Positions 12,460 through 20,549 of a stretch of 63,920 nt of DNA are shown piece by piece. The notes under the pieces were generated by a model. The model was not told the DNA's origin, made no database searches, and saw only the letters and a list, made by a program, of their open reading frames with translations. The stretch spans positions 1-63,920 of the IMG/VR virus record IMGVR_UViG_3300044464_000029, one strand, 5' to 3'. Both the position numbers and the translations under genes were made by a program. This DNA comes from a virus (Duplodnaviria > Caudoviricetes). Numbering within the stretch: the stretch's first letter is position 1; the number at the start of each line of letters is the position of its first letter.

Positions 12460-13413
12460 TTAGTCTCCGTGGATCAAGGTCCATTCGTACGTGTGTTCGT
12501 CAAACTGTACTACATTGTGCGGTGCGCCTATACCATCCCCATATGGATTGATTTGGTGAATAGTATGGTTAATTGGGTTGTTTGTTGGAATTGCGAAAAT
12601 TGAGATGATTAGTAGAATTAAGATAGTTAAATCACTCCTTAGGTAGACATTCGACATATGGGATTTTAATGTTGAATTCTGCCCATATGTCTGATGAGTA
12701 CCTAATTGTTGGTTTTCCACTGTATGTGATTCTTACCGCATTTGCACACTGTTTGTGCAATAATGTCCTTTTCGTACTGCTCTTCGATGAATAGGGCTGC
12801 ATCTTGCAATCCAGCCCTATAGGCACTATTTAGTGCGTTTGCAGCTTCTGTGGCGTTTTTCTTTGTTGTCCCTCCTATGACAGTTCCATTCATTTGTCCG
12901 TTTATGTACCTATCTACGTAGTATTGGCCATATCGACCGCCTACTTCGTATTTGGTACCTTCTGTGGGCTTTGTCATGAAATAGGCCCTTTCTAGGTAGA
13001 CATAATCTGGTATGTCCGTTTTGAGCGGACATACCAGATTAAATCCGACTAGCTGCTACCTGTGGATGCTTCCATGTACGTTTTGGCTTCATTCTTGCTG
13101 TTTGCCTCATGTACTAGTGTAAGAGACATTTCCTTGCTATTGTTCGAATTGAGTGTAATCTTACTTACACGCCATTTTTGACCAAAAGACTCCCTAATTG
13201 CCATGTATTTATCAATTACGAAGTATTCGCCTTCTGTGCTGTTTACCATGCTACTGTCCCCTTAAGTACTACCTTGTCTGCCTTTGTCCTAATAATTGCA
13301 GACTTAAGCAGAAAATGTAGATTGTCCGATTCCTGCTCATTTGCCCAATTCCTTAGGCTTGTATTAGCTTTTCGGATTTGTGACATTTTGAGCACTACCC
13401 GGGCCTTGTGCAT
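12460..13413 (-). other. Small hypothetical early genes (12460-12720, 12702-12977, 13049-13249 and an ORF starting at 13413)
   Basis: Packed minus-strand ORFs with RBS. Confidence 0.55.
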
Positions 13414-13478
13414 TTTTACTCCTATTAGGTGGACATGAATGCATATGTCCGTTGTGGCCCATATGCAAACAAATTCAC

Positions 13479-13649
13479 CTAGTAGATGCTGGAAAAGTCT
13501 TCTTCGTCGTAGATGTCCGAATCGTAGAATTCGTCGTAAGTATCCCGATCGTACTCTTCGTCGTCATCCTCCCAAATGTCCAAATCGTCTAGCAAATCGA
13601 CATTTCCGCCGTTTGCGTCTTCATACGCCGATTCGAGCCACTCATCCAT
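13479..13649 (-). CDS. 56-aa very acidic protein (possible DNA mimic)
   Basis: MDEWLESAYED...DEEDFSSIY; GGAG RBS before ATG at 13649. Confidence 0.65.
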   Translation of the reverse strand: MDEWLESAYEDANGGNVDLLDDLDIWEDDDEEYDRDTYDEFYDSDIYDEEDFSSIY

Positions 13650-13748
13650 TTTTGATCTCCAAATCGATGTCCAAAATGTGTTTGAAACTCTCCACTTAGG
13701 TGGATTTAACCACAGTGGGCCATTTTGACCCACTATGACTAGAACGAC

Positions 13749-14366
13749 CTAAACGTTCACTTTGTCCTGAATGTCGGGCTTTGTGGTATGAGGTACTGTT
13801 TTGCGAGGTGCACGCTTTACGGGTGGCTTTGTCTGTTTCTGTGGGGTTTGTCCTGAAACGACCGCTTCTTCCGGTTTGTCCACTTTTGTCGGCTTTGCGT
13901 TAGTTGACACCTTTTGAATCAGAATCGCCGTTGCTAGTGCAGTTGGGATATCTACGATGAATGGGTAGAATAAGGCAACAATCCAATGCTGTCCGTTTCT
14001 GACCGTTAACTCCCAAATGTGGAAGCCTGAAATCCCGAATGCTACTATAGCGACAAATCCCAACCCAAACCAGACTAAACCCTTCTCAAACTTGTTTTTC
14101 GGGGTATAGTAGGCAATTAGGTGAACTGTGCCAAAGAAGACAATTGTGGGCGCAACCGACGTAATGATCGGTTCCATGTTAATAGCCCCAGATCGGACAT
14201 TTGCATACGTACTGTATGCAAGCCCCAAAAGCATGACCACGAATGCGTACCTTTTCCCCTTTTGTAGCCTTGTGAGGGGAATTTTCCGCTTAGCCTCTTT
14301 TGTCCGATTAAACATTGTCTTGGCCCTTTCAGGTAGGGATGGCACAAAACGGACAGTTTCGTCCAT
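13749..14366 (-). CDS. DUF2637-like multi-pass membrane protein
   Basis: Four hydrophobic segments, VAIVAFGISGFHIWEL...YPFIVD motif, basic Pro-rich tail. Confidence 0.6.
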   Translation of the reverse strand: MDETVRFVPSLPERAKTMFNRTKEAKRKIPLTRLQKGKRYAFVVMLLGLAYSTYANVRSGAINMEPIITSVAPTIVFFGTVHLIAYYTPKNKFEKGLVWFGLGFVAIVAFGISGFHIWELTVRNGQHWIVALFYPFIVDIPTALATAILIQKVSTNAKPTKVDKPEEAVVSGQTPQKQTKPPVKRAPRKTVPHTTKPDIQDKVNV

Positions 14367-14599
14367 TCTGCACCATTTCTACCTGAAATGAGTGACATAC
14401 ACTATTTAGGTATTAATGTCCGATTTGCCAGCTTCGAGGTTCCCCTGTCAGCTCTGGCTCCCCGTTTTCGTTCTACTGCAAGTATACCATGTGCAAAATG
14501 GACATTATTATAATAAGCCATATACTGCACTGTGACTTGAGTCACATTCTGGTACAGGTAATATGTCCAGATTTAGGCTGCCATGCCTGATTTGTCATA

Positions 14600-14953
14600 C
14601 TAAAGGTGGTGAACAGAGCTAGGTGCCTCGATTTGGTACAGAAGATCTTGTATCCGACTTACCCATGCATATGCATCCAGATAGGTGAAATGCAGACTAC
14701 ACCAGACATAGAGTGCAGATCCGTCTTTTGCTGGTAAATGGTACGAAAGCTCCGAATCGTACTTCTCATACGGATTGTTGGTCACATGCCACAAAATCGT
14801 GACATGTCCGGTTTGTCCGATGAAGAAGTCATTCGACTGATTCGTAGCGCTTCCATCCCAACTGTCCCCATAACCGACAGGAAGTGCCGAATCGTCCATA
14901 ATGTCCGAATGGTAAGCCATTTCCGACATGTCGTGGATTTCGTTATTGTCCAT
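14600..14953 (-). CDS. Hypothetical protein (IR cassette 1)
   Basis: ORF with AAGGGG RBS enclosed by IR pair. Confidence 0.7.
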   Translation of the reverse strand: MDNNEIHDMSEMAYHSDIMDDSALPVGYGDSWDGSATNQSNDFFIGQTGHVTILWHVTNNPYEKYDSELSYHLPAKDGSALYVWCSLHFTYLDAYAWVSRIQDLLYQIEAPSSVHHL

Positions 14954-15032
14954 TTTTGCCCCTTTTGATGAGGCATGGCAGTCTAAAACTAGACATATGT
15001 AGATTTAAGTGGACATGTCCGCTTTTTCTAGT

Positions 15033-15299
15033 TTAGCGGGTTTGTCCGATTTCCCACAGATTGTCCATCTCTGTGGTAGTATGGGTGGGAATGTAATCTT
15101 GATGCCAATTGTACCGCATTGCGTGTAACATGCACAATTGCAGCCATCTGACCGTTACATCTACCTCTGCGTCGGTTTTGGCTCCGCCGTCTGGTTCGTG
15201 AAACTCTGTAATGATTCCGACGCAAACGCCCTGATTGCACGTTTTAATGTCATTGTCCAAATCGAACGGTGTGACCAAAGTTCCGATGTTAAGAGCCAT
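15033..15299 (-). CDS. Hypothetical protein (IR cassette 2)
   Basis: ORF with AAGGGG RBS enclosed by IR pair. Confidence 0.7.
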   Translation of the reverse strand: MALNIGTLVTPFDLDNDIKTCNQGVCVGIITEFHEPDGGAKTDAEVDVTVRWLQLCMLHAMRYNWHQDYIPTHTTTEMDNLWEIGQTR

Positions 15300-15386
15300 T
15301 TTGTCCCCTTTGATGAGGACATGCCCACATAGATCTACATATGTCTTACATGTACGGATATAAGGAGATATGGGCTAGATGTCCGA

Positions 15387-15644
15387 TTAGTTCTTTACGA
15401 TCCAGAATGTGATACCAGGTCCGTAAAATATGAATGCCCATTGGTCCGGATCATCCATAATGCCCTTGTCGCCGTAGATGTCGTTAATGTCCGAAATAAC
15501 TTGGATCCATTCTGGCATATTAGAATCATCCCGGGCAGTTAGGGCAAGGTTGCGCAAAATGCGCATACCCTTACGAAATGTGACATCTCCGGCGAAAGCG
15601 AAATCTTCATAGCCATCGTGCTCAAAGCCAACAGACCATGACAT
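15387..15644 (-). CDS. Hypothetical protein (IR cassette 3)
   Basis: ORF with AGGGG RBS enclosed by IR pair. Confidence 0.7.
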   Translation of the reverse strand: MSWSVGFEHDGYEDFAFAGDVTFRKGMRILRNLALTARDDSNMPEWIQVISDINDIYGDKGIMDDPDQWAFIFYGPGITFWIVKN

Positions 15645-15853
15645 AATAACCCCTGTCCGATTTTGTCAGCCCATATCCCCATATATCCGTACATGTCCCC
15701 CTCCCCCTATATGTCTGAATTTTGCCCATATAGTCGAGAATGCTACAGGGTCCGCCGATTCCTACCAAAAGTCCCAATTCCTTAGGACTCTTATAGGGGT
15801 TCCGCTCGGTATGCACCTTATGTGCACCCTGTGGGGTCTTATCCCTTTCGCCA

Positions 15854-15877
15854 CTTTTGAGTTCTTAAGTTACGATT
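15854..15877 (-). promoter_or_regulatory. boxA-like leader element (second copy 17892-17915)
   Basis: AATCGTAACTTAAGAACTCAAAAG vs AATCGTTACTTAATAACTAAAAAG (21/24 identical), each between a candidate -10 (TAGACT 15926-15931; TAGAAT 17996-18001) and the first cassette. Confidence 0.5.
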
Positions 15878-16055
15878 GTCCGCTTTGGGCGGGACTGCCC
15901 TTTTTCTTTTTTCTTTTTTCTTTTAAGTCTAGCACGGACGATGTCGGAAATTCCCGACTTATCATGCTAAACCGGACATTCTGAAAGTGTGAGTTAAATC
16001 ACACCCAAAATATCATGATTTAGGAGCTTTAGACCGTCATGTCCGGATTTATCAA

Positions 16056-16241
16056 TTACAGTGCGATTTGGGCGTTACGTCGAATTTGGTACATTTTGAC
16101 CACAATGTCCAATTGGCGGTCAATGACGTTAATGTGCGGTTCGTTCATTATGCACAGAAAGTTCTGCTTGTCCATTTTGTCCAAGAAGTCCATCATGCGA
16201 CGAAACTTCCCGATTGTGACTCTTTCTGCTGCTTTTTCCAT
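16056..16241 (-). CDS. Hypothetical protein (IR cassette 4)
   Basis: ORF with AAGGA RBS enclosed by IR pair. Confidence 0.7.
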   Translation of the reverse strand: MEKAAERVTIGKFRRMMDFLDKMDKQNFLCIMNEPHINVIDRQLDIVVKMYQIRRNAQIAL

Positions 16242-16336
16242 TTTTAGTCCTTTGTCCGATTTGGTCGGACATGACGGTTTAGAACTACTAAAGCATGAAT
16301 TATCCTGGTTTAGAAGGCTATGTCTGGTTTGTCGTT

Positions 16337-16552
16337 TTAGTCCTGTGAGCGGTTTTTGCGCCTTTCATCCCGAATTAAGACAAGTGCCCGGTATGTGGCC
16401 AAAACGTCGTCTTCGTCCTTAATGCCGGATTTGACTACTTCGTCGTAAATGGCCTCATTTGTCCAAGTTGAGAGCAATCGGCGTGATATGCCCGTATAGA
16501 CCTTCATGTGCACTTTTGGGGTGGATGTCCAGAGATATGGCAATGTTACCAT
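16337..16552 (-). CDS. Hypothetical protein (IR cassette 5)
   Basis: ORF with GGGAG RBS enclosed by IR pair. Confidence 0.7.
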   Translation of the reverse strand: MVTLPYLWTSTPKVHMKVYTGISRRLLSTWTNEAIYDEVVKSGIKDEDDVLATYRALVLIRDERRKNRSQD

Positions 16553-16646
16553 TTTAGCTCCCTATGTCCGATTTATCCAGACATAGCCCTTTAGACCAGG
16601 ATAATTCTGACTTACTACCTTTTGTCCGGCATGTCTGATTTGCGGA

Positions 16647-16799
16647 TTAATTCACTATAAGAGTGGAAGTGTCCGACATCGCCCAGATAAGCAACATAAT
16701 GAGTGCTATGTTGAACAATGCGGCAATTATTACTTCTACGTGCTTTGTCGCGAATGTCTGAATTGACCAGGTACGCACGTGCTTGCCGTGATATGCCAT
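16647..16799 (-). CDS. Small membrane protein (IR cassette 6)
   Basis: MAYHGKH...; one hydrophobic helix; AGGGG RBS; enclosed by IR pair. Confidence 0.65.
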   Translation of the reverse strand: MAYHGKHVRTWSIQTFATKHVEVIIAALFNIALIMLLIWAMSDTSTLIVN

Positions 16800-16911
16800 G
16801 GTATTCCCCTTTTGTCCGATTTTGGCTGTTTTGGCAGACATGCCGGATAAGAGGTAGTAAGTCTTTAATGTGCCACATGTACGGATATAGCAGGATATGT
16901 CCGATTTCGTC

Positions 16912-17148
16912 CTACTGTGTGATGTTTTGGAACGATTCGGCCGCATTCAGCCAGCTATGCGAAGAATGCCACCATTTGTCCGTTCTGTCCTCTGAGTCCC
17001 AAATGACCACATAGAACCCATTGCCCATATTGTCGCATATGTCCAATTTGACCACTACGACCGTATTGTCCGAATTGTAGTAGTGTGGCGCAAATGCCAC
17101 GATCTGCCCGTATTTCTCCATTTGCGCAATAACATCCAGAATGTCCAT
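16912..17148 (-). CDS. Hypothetical protein (IR cassette 7)
   Basis: ORF with AGGAG RBS enclosed by IR pair. Confidence 0.7.
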   Translation of the reverse strand: MDILDVIAQMEKYGQIVAFAPHYYNSDNTVVVVKLDICDNMGNGFYVVIWDSEDRTDKWWHSSHSWLNAAESFQNITQ

Positions 17149-17243
17149 CTTTGTACTCCTATGTCCGATTTATTCGGACATATCCTGTTAAATCCGTACA
17201 TGTCCAGAATTATCCAGGTTTGGGAGGGTATGTCCGTTTTATA

Positions 17244-17531
17244 CTAGACGCAGCCGATTCGCCACGGTTCGACGGATATAACACGACTTTCCGGGACAAT
17301 CTCCCATACAAGCCGCAATTCCGACTCAAGTGGTGCATCTGGGTACATTTGGAACGCTTCGCGCATTTCGACCATATCGCCCATATTGGGCAGATCAGTC
17401 ACAATGTAGACAAAGTTGGATTTTCCGTCCATAACGGACATTTCGTATTCTTCGAAGAATTCGGTAAAACCCACCGTTTCTCCGATTTTTACGGTATATC
17501 CGTTATTGTCCACAAATTCGCCAAGTTTCAT
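17244..17531 (-). CDS. Hypothetical acidic protein (IR cassette 8)
   Basis: Start MKLGEF at 17531 after GAGGAG; enclosed by IR pair. Confidence 0.7.
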   Translation of the reverse strand: MKLGEFVDNNGYTVKIGETVGFTEFFEEYEMSVMDGKSNFVYIVTDLPNMGDMVEMREAFQMYPDAPLESELRLVWEIVPESRVISVEPWRIGCV

Positions 17532-17632
17532 AATAACTCCTCTTATGTCCGATTTGTCGGACATACCCTCTCAGACCCGGATAATTCCGGTAAGACCTCC
17601 ATGTACCCTATAACCGACATGTCCGTTATTCC

Positions 17633-17818
17633 CTAGTTTGTCGGATTTAGCAGTTCTGCTAGCTCAATTCGGGCTTTTTCCTCTATTTGCGACATTTCCT
17701 TGTAAGTCGGGCATGTCGCCTTTTTACACCCCGAATGGGTCCGAATGTGGACATTTACCTTATCCACTAGGTTTTCCCAGATTATCACCTTTTTGGCGGT
17801 TTCTCCACGAAATACCAT
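17633..17818 (-). CDS. Hypothetical protein (IR cassette 9)
   Basis: Start MVFRGE at 17818 after GGGAG; enclosed by IR pair. Confidence 0.7.
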   Translation of the reverse strand: MVFRGETAKKVIIWENLVDKVNVHIRTHSGCKKATCPTYKEMSQIEEKARIELAELLNPTN

Positions 17819-18448
17819 GTTAACTCCCTCTATGTCCGATTTAGTGGACATGTCGGTTATGGGGCACATGTGGCCTTTGTCCGATTTTCCTCTTTTTAGT
17901 TATTAAGTAACGATTCGGGGGAATTTCACCGGTTTGCCGGAATTTTCCGGTATTTCCGTTTTCCACCTATTGTCTTGTTTTTCTGTTCTGCCTTAATTCT
18001 ACAGGGGCCCTATATGGGCCATATGTCCGATATAGGGTATATATCATGACATAGTGGGTCAAAAAATATACCCCTATGTACTACTATATACGGCATATCG
18101 GACATATACGGGCACAAGGCCCAAATGGGATGTTGATCTGTGACACAGGTCACAGTGTGGGTAGTATGTCAACATATAGTGCACATAACGGACATGTCGG
18201 ACAGGACATGTCATGATAAATCCGGACATACCGGACTGTGATGCTCGTCACAGTGATTTGGGTCACAGACAAAGTGGACATTTAGTAAATATTAACTATA
18301 TTATGTTATAAGAGGATAAAAAGGACATTTGGTACGTAAGAAGTAGATCAGAGTGGTAAAAAAGTGTTCGAAAGTTGACACTAATCATATATACGTTTTC
18401 CAAAATTTTATAAGGCTTTTCAGAAAGGTGTTAGAGACTTGACATGTG

Positions 18449-18477
18449 TTGACGAGATAGCCAAGACGTTGTACTCT
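18449..18477 (+). promoter_or_regulatory. Promoter for the virion operon
   Basis: TTGACG-17 bp-TACTCT upstream of AGGAGG and ATG 18506. Confidence 0.6.
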
Positions 18478-18505
18478 TGCCTTGAGGACTAACAGGAGGT
18501 GTGAC

Positions 18506-18838
18506 ATGTCCGCTGACTCTCTACCGTCGTTCGATGGCGAATGGAATCCGACCAGAGCACTTGAAAATCTGACTATGGAACGTGCTCTCAGTTCTACTGA
18601 GACACCACAGCAAATGGCTAAGAAGCTGCTAGAAGAAAACTTGCCCGTTGCTGTCATGGCCATTGCGCATCTTGCTACTTATTCTGAAACTGAGGTTATT
18701 CGGCTTAATGCCGCTAAGTTTGTTGTAGAACGCACTATGGGTCCTGCTGAGCGTGTTATTAACGAATCCGGCAAGCACGCATGGGATGATATCTATGACA
18801 ATGTAGTCGTAGAAGCACAGAATTACTTGAAGAGCTAG
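18506..18838 (+). CDS. Putative terminase small subunit
   Basis: First gene of the virion operon; helical SETEVIRLNAAKFVVER pattern; AGGAGG RBS. Confidence 0.5.
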   Translation: MSADSLPSFDGEWNPTRALENLTMERALSSTETPQQMAKKLLEENLPVAVMAIAHLATYSETEVIRLNAAKFVVERTMGPAERVINESGKHAWDDIYDNVVVEAQNYLKS

Positions 18839-18882
18839 ACCCACTCCTGTGGGGTTTTATCAAAAATCAGATTGGAGGAATT

Positions 18883-19389
18883 GTGGCTGTTAAGAGAGCA
18901 CTTCGTGGCGATAACGTAATCTATCGAAATGCTGCGGGCGATTCGATGGCCGTTATTATCACCGGTGGACAAGGTGATGCACCTAGTGTCGCTCCTGTGG
19001 GTGTGGGTAGTGGCACGGGTGGTTCACTAGCCGCTGGTACTTATTCTTATAAGTACAGTTACGTAAAAGATGGCGTTGAATCTCCAGTTTCAGCAGTTTC
19101 GAACAGTGTTGTGACTACTGGTTCTACCAGCAGCATAGCGGTTACGGTAACTGCGGTTACTGGCGCGACCTCGTATAAGATCTACGGTCGTGGTGTTGCC
19201 GCGTCGTATCTGCTAATGGCAACATTAACTGCACCAACTGTGCTCTATACTGATACCGCCGCTGATACGCCTGCTGGTGCTGCGATCGCTGCTAACTTCA
19301 ATGCGTCATTCAGAACTCCGTATACTGGTCACGCAGCGGTTACAGGCGTATTGCCTGGACTCGGTGCTTCGCAGTACCAGAAGATCTGA
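18883..19389 (+). CDS. Virion protein with FN3/Ig-like module
   Basis: GGSLAAGTYSY...VTGATSYKIY aligns with the insertion near the tail tube N-terminus. Confidence 0.55.
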   Translation: MAVKRALRGDNVIYRNAAGDSMAVIITGGQGDAPSVAPVGVGSGTGGSLAAGTYSYKYSYVKDGVESPVSAVSNSVVTTGSTSSIAVTVTAVTGATSYKIYGRGVAASYLLMATLTAPTVLYTDTAADTPAGAAIAANFNASFRTPYTGHAAVTGVLPGLGASQYQKI

Positions 19390-19505
19390 GGTTGGAAGAT
19401 GGCTGCGTATATTGCTGGCGGGAGTGGCAGCGGAAATACTTCTAATGGTGGCAAGCCGGTTAAGGTAGTAAAACCTAAGCCTAAGTCTAAGAAGGCGACC
19501 AAATA

Positions 19506-20112
19506 ATGGCAGGCTATGAAAAAGAAAAAGACCGTGTTCATGTGTTATTTGAGAATCATACGTTGCTGAGTGGTGCATCGGCTGATTCTGGTTATGTCAA
19601 ATTAGGTCGAAACACAATTGTGATTCTAAAGAAACACACCACAGGTACTTATGCTTTCACTATTGATTGGTCAGTTGATGGTACGAATTCACTAATTCAG
19701 GAAACTGTTACGTTAGTTGATTTCGTTGCAACTACAAAAACTGCCGTGGCACCATATGCTAAATTTACTGTTACTGCGAGCGTTGCGCAGTTTACTGTAC
19801 ATCAAACTATTGTGAGTGCTTAGGATGCAAACTTGGGACGACGCCATGAAGCAGTTTGATGAAAAAGAGCGGCCAGTTAATCTTAGTTATATGAAATTTG
19901 CTTCAGAAGAAATGCATTCTTTGTTCGTAGATATGTTGAAGAGACATAGAACTTTCAAAGAAAAAGATGTAATGGCATTTAAGGAACAGTACTTAGTGAA
20001 GTGTCCTGCTTGTGATGGTAGTAGAATTAGAATTTGGCAAGACGGCGATACTGAGTACAAGTGTGAATTTTGGATTAGAGCTGAGAAGTTGGGTTTAACT
20101 AATGGACTTTAG
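19506..20112 (+). other. Two hypothetical genes (19506-19823, 19816-20112)
   Basis: Overlapping plus-strand ORFs within the operon. Confidence 0.6.
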
Positions 20113-20371
20113 TCAAGCATTGTTAGCTCTGAAGCGACAAAAGAAATTAGTTCGAGATGGTTGGGCCGGTCGTGGTCTGTTTGTGTGTATGCAAAAAGGT
20201 TACCCTAATGGCATAAATATTAATCAGAACACGGCCGACGCAACTGGGTTTGCGGCTGGAGTGAGTTACACATTCTCGCCGTACTTTATGCTTTATAATG
20301 CAGGGAATTTTACACCATGGGTTCCTAGCACGGGGGATTTGATGGCAGAGGATTGGTTCATTATTGAGTGA
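20102..20371 (+). CDS. DUF2829 / Tad2-like anti-defence sponge protein
   Basis: MDFSQAL..LK...R.GW.G.G.F...WVPSTGDLMAEDW family signature. Confidence 0.75.
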   Translation: MDFSQALLALKRQKKLVRDGWAGRGLFVCMQKGYPNGININQNTADATGFAAGVSYTFSPYFMLYNAGNFTPWVPSTGDLMAEDWFIIE

Positions 20372-20549
20372 AGCTCCCTGTGGGCTCTCCATATCGAAGA
20401 GGCGATATTAATGACTGTCAATTTAGACTGGGTATTGTGGCTTCTGGCGGCAATAAGTTTCGCTGTTGGCGCTATTGGAGTAAATACTGGTCGAGTTAAC
20501 ATGATGCTGTTAGGTTTCATGTTCATTGCAATAACATTCTTGGTGTAAT

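Larger units (their letters stand above)
8025..15786. repeat. Bipartite motif CCGATTCC-N12-CAATTCYTTAGG, four co-oriented copies (8025-8056, 11820-11851, 13326-13357, 15755-15786)
   Basis: Conserved flanks with an exactly 12-nt variable spacer in all four copies. Confidence 0.85.
14561..17870 (-). repeat. Array of nine gene-enclosing inverted-repeat pairs
   Basis: Arm pairs 14561-14588/14971-14998, 14991-15020/15317-15346, 15348-15376/15668-15696, 16013-16045/16266-16298, 16298-16327/16577-16606, 16609-16637/16835-16863, 16875-16904/17174-17203, 17208-17236/17558-17586, 17600-17624/17846-17870. Confidence 0.92.
14531..18267. promoter_or_regulatory. CRP/GlxR-type boxes TGTGA-N6-TCACA at 14531-14546, 15988-16003, 18139-18154, 18237-18252, plus a 1-mismatch copy at 18252-18267
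   Basis: Exact match to the CRP-family consensus; all intergenic. Confidence 0.75.
11731..18512. repeat. Region tiled with TGTCCG/CGGACA (extended form ATGTCCGATTT)
   Basis: About 50 exact hexamers counted by eye in 6.8 kb, in coding and non-coding DNA. Confidence 0.9.

Noticed and set aside
14561-17870. IR cassettes as MITEs/IS elements or a CRISPR-like array
   Set aside because: Each IR pair has a different sequence, there are no target-site duplications or transposase, and the intervening DNA is genes rather than constant-length spacers; no cas operon.
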